Source of the DNA: Alphaproteobacteria bacterium | Lineage (GTDB): Bacteria > Pseudomonadota > Alphaproteobacteria > DATDPM01 | Reading direction: 5' to 3' | NCBI GenBank assembly: GCA_049691095.1 | Contig: JBAVNO010000027.1 | Coordinates: 1-32,628 of the forward strand | DNA length: 32,628 nt | In this document: positions 31,029 through 32,628 of the stretch, one piece after another | How positions within the stretch are numbered: the first letter of the stretch is position 1 | How the letters are laid out: each line of letters begins with the position of its first letter | The notes under the pieces: model-generated | Databases searched by the model: none | Told to the model about the DNA's origin: nothing | What the model saw: only the letters and a program-made list of their open reading frames with translations | Position numbers and translations under genes: made by a program

Positions 31029-32174
31029 CTAGCGCCCGTCCTCCTCGGCGACGGCGGCGATGGTGCGGGCAAGCAGCTTGATCTCGCTTCTCAGCTCCTG
31101 GATGAGCTGGCTTCGTCCCGTCGCCGCGTCCTCCAGCATCCGCGCCAGATAGACCTCGATGTTGCGGATGTGGGTCCGGGTGGTCGAATCCATGCCCATC
31201 CCGCCGTCGCCGCCGGCGGCGGTGGCGAGCTTGTTCAGGACCGGCTTGAGCTCGAGCTGGCTCTCGGCCAGCTTGATCATCAGCGACTGTTCCGCCCGCA
31301 TCTGATCGGTCAGCGTGCTGAGCCGCTCCGAGAGCGACACCAGGGCCGTGTTGGCCGCGACCTGGTTGTCTTGGCCGCGGGCCAGGGTGCGCTGCAGGTT
31401 TTCCAGGCTGTCGGCGGTCTGCTCCAAAAGCGCCTGGATGTAAGCGGGAACCGCCTGGTCGCCCTCGACCACGGCCCCGCCGCTGGAGAGCCGCGTGACG
31501 CTGGAAAGCCATTCCTCGAGCTCGTTGTAGAACCGGTTCTGCGCTTGGCCCGCCTGAAGCTCGAGGAAGCCCAGCACCAGCGAGCCGCTGAGACCGAACA
31601 AGGACGAGCTGAACGCGGTCCCCATTCCCGCGAGCGGCGCCTCGAGGCCTTTCTTCAGGTTGTCGAACACGGTGGTGAGATCGTTCGACGACACGTCGAG
31701 CGTGCCGATGACGCCGCCCACCGATCCCACGGTCTGCAGCAGGCCCCAAAACGTGCCCAGGAGTCCGAGGAAGATGAGAAGGTTGATGAGATAGCGGGAA
31801 ATCTCGCACGATTCGTCGAGCCGCGAGCTGATGGAATCGAGGAGCGAACGCTGCGAGGTCGCCGACAGCCGCAACCGGTCGGAGCGATCCCCCAACATGG
31901 TGGCCATCGGTCCCAACAGCCGCGGCCCCGGCTTGCCGGATAGCGCGACGCGGTCGCGCCGGAAGCTTTCGATCCAGTCGACCTCGGGATAGAGCATCAC
32001 CACCTGGCGGAAGATGAAGGCGATGCCGAAGGCGATCACGGCGAAGATCAGCGCGTTGAGCGCCGGGTTCGCGGCGAAGATGGTGCGAATGCCGGCGAAC
32101 AGCGCGCCGATCACGATCAGCACCATCGCCAGGAACACGATCATGCGGGTGAGAAAGCGTCGGGGCCTGGTCAT
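31029..32174 (-). CDS. MotA/TolQ/ExbB-family ion channel subunit (4-TM MotA-like topology) with a helical C-terminal tail of about 165 aa
   Basis: FLGLLGTFWGLLQTV and GMGTAFSSSLFGLSGSLVLGFL are channel-family motifs. About 165 residues follow the last TM, rich in Leu, Glu, Gln and Ala. Confidence 0.85.
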   Translation of the reverse strand: MTRPRRFLTRMIVFLAMVLIVIGALFAGIRTIFAANPALNALIFAVIAFGIAFIFRQVVMLYPEVDWIESFRRDRVALSGKPGPRLLGPMATMLGDRSDRLRLSATSQRSLLDSISSRLDESCEISRYLINLLIFLGLLGTFWGLLQTVGSVGGVIGTLDVSSNDLTTVFDNLKKGLEAPLAGMGTAFSSSLFGLSGSLVLGFLELQAGQAQNRFYNELEEWLSSVTRLSSGGAVVEGDQAVPAYIQALLEQTADSLENLQRTLARGQDNQVAANTALVSLSERLSTLTDQMRAEQSLMIKLAESQLELKPVLNKLATAAGGDGGMGMDSTTRTHIRNIEVYLARMLEDAATGRSQLIQELRSEIKLLARTIAAVAEEDGR

Positions 32175-32210
32175 GACTCACCCCGCTTGATGGCGACGGG
32201 CGGCACGGTG

Positions 32211-32628
32211 TCAGGGTTTGACAAGGACGAGATCCACCCGGTCTCCGGGCCCGTTTTCGAATTTGTTTCCGAGCGCACGAACGTCCATGCGCGTGCTGCG
32301 CACACCGCGGTCGATCAGGAAGGCGCGCACCGCCAGGGCGCGCGACAGCGACAGCCGCCGCGCCTGACTCGCGTTGTCGTCCCCGCCCGAGGCGTAGGCG
32401 ACGATCTGCAGCCGCAGGTCCGGATCCGCCGCCAGGGCGCCGGACACGTCCGATAGGGTCTGCTGGGCGCCTTCGGCCAGCGCGGCCGAGCCCACGGCAA
32501 ACGAAATCGGCGAGGCCTTCTCCGGCTGCATCGGAAACGGTGTCGCGGGAAGCATCGCGACCTCGCCCGCCGGTTTGGGGGCCTGGGCGCTCGCTTCCGC
32601 CGCAGGCTCGGGCGGCGGCGGTGACGGG
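32211..32628 (-). CDS. OmpA-like peptidoglycan-binding protein, C-terminal part (5' end probably outside the window)
   Basis: The frame stays open to the window edge through a Pro/Ala-rich linker. ISFAVGSAAL...LQIVAYASG...ARRLSLSRALAVRAFL is an OmpA_C-like domain. Same strand as the MotA-like gene and 36 nt upstream of it. Confidence 0.7.
   Translation of the reverse strand, partial: PSPPPPEPAAEASAQAPKPAGEVAMLPATPFPMQPEKASPISFAVGSAALAEGAQQTLSDVSGALAADPDLRLQIVAYASGGDDNASQARRLSLSRALAVRAFLIDRGVRSTRMDVRALGNKFENGPGDRVDLVLVKP

Noticed and set aside
29733-32174. Canonical Zorya anti-phage system, flagellar stator, Tol-Pal or ExbBD
   Set aside because: There are no zorC/D/E-like genes, and the ZorA-type tail is much longer than seen here. 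No flagellar, tolA/tolB/pal or tonB genes are adjacent. The B subunit is far longer than MotB, TolR or ExbD. The locus is kept as an uncharacterised stator-like module instead.
27863-32181. Very long ORFs (663, 762 and 835 aa) overlapping the ABC transporter and the MotA/MotB-like genes
   Set aside because: These are out-of-frame or antisense shadows with low-complexity translations. The frames retained carry Walker/ABC-signature, MotA/ExbB and OmpA motifs.
1-32628. Genomic island, prophage or mobile element
   Set aside because: There are no integrase, transposase, phage or conjugation genes, no tRNA attachment site, and no flanking long repeats. Gene content is core alphaproteobacterial housekeeping with uniform high GC, apart from a few short AT-richer patches around small genes and promoters.

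Overview
GC-rich chromosomal segment with an alphaproteobacterial gene set: split PntAA/PntAB/PntB, GapR (DUF2312), TrcR (DUF1013), RcdA-like (DUF1465), DUF1244, DUF1192, two DUF465 proteins and a COQ9-like protein. About 37 tightly packed protein genes are supportable, mostly housekeeping: glcF (partial), pyk, purEK, pntAB, def, rpsU, rpmE, ubiX, cyaY, hsp20, pepF, an acyl-CoA synthetase and a UDP-sugar epimerase. I found no tRNA, rRNA, CRISPR array, transposase, integrase or phage gene. Many long ORFs in the track are GC-driven out-of-frame or antisense artefacts. The track misses rpsU, which has no ATG/GTG/TTG start. Two loci stand out. (1) At the right edge is a three-gene operon: an OmpA-like protein, a MotA-type channel with a long helical C-terminal tail, and a MotB-type subunit with a roughly 230-aa coiled coil before its OmpA domain. 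No flagellar, Tol-Pal, TonB or Zorya effector genes accompany it. (2) A PQQ alcohol dehydrogenase carries the D-x-D lanthanide signature and sits next to a sulfocyanin-like cupredoxin rather than a c-type cytochrome, beside an orphan secreted protein. Other points of interest are a cyaY-ABCB exporter pair, a structured terminator-capped candidate sRNA or small ORF beside a sigma-32-type hsp20 promoter, and an unusual number of perfect short tandem duplications at gene boundaries. All calls come from reading the sequence and ORF translations; no database search was run.
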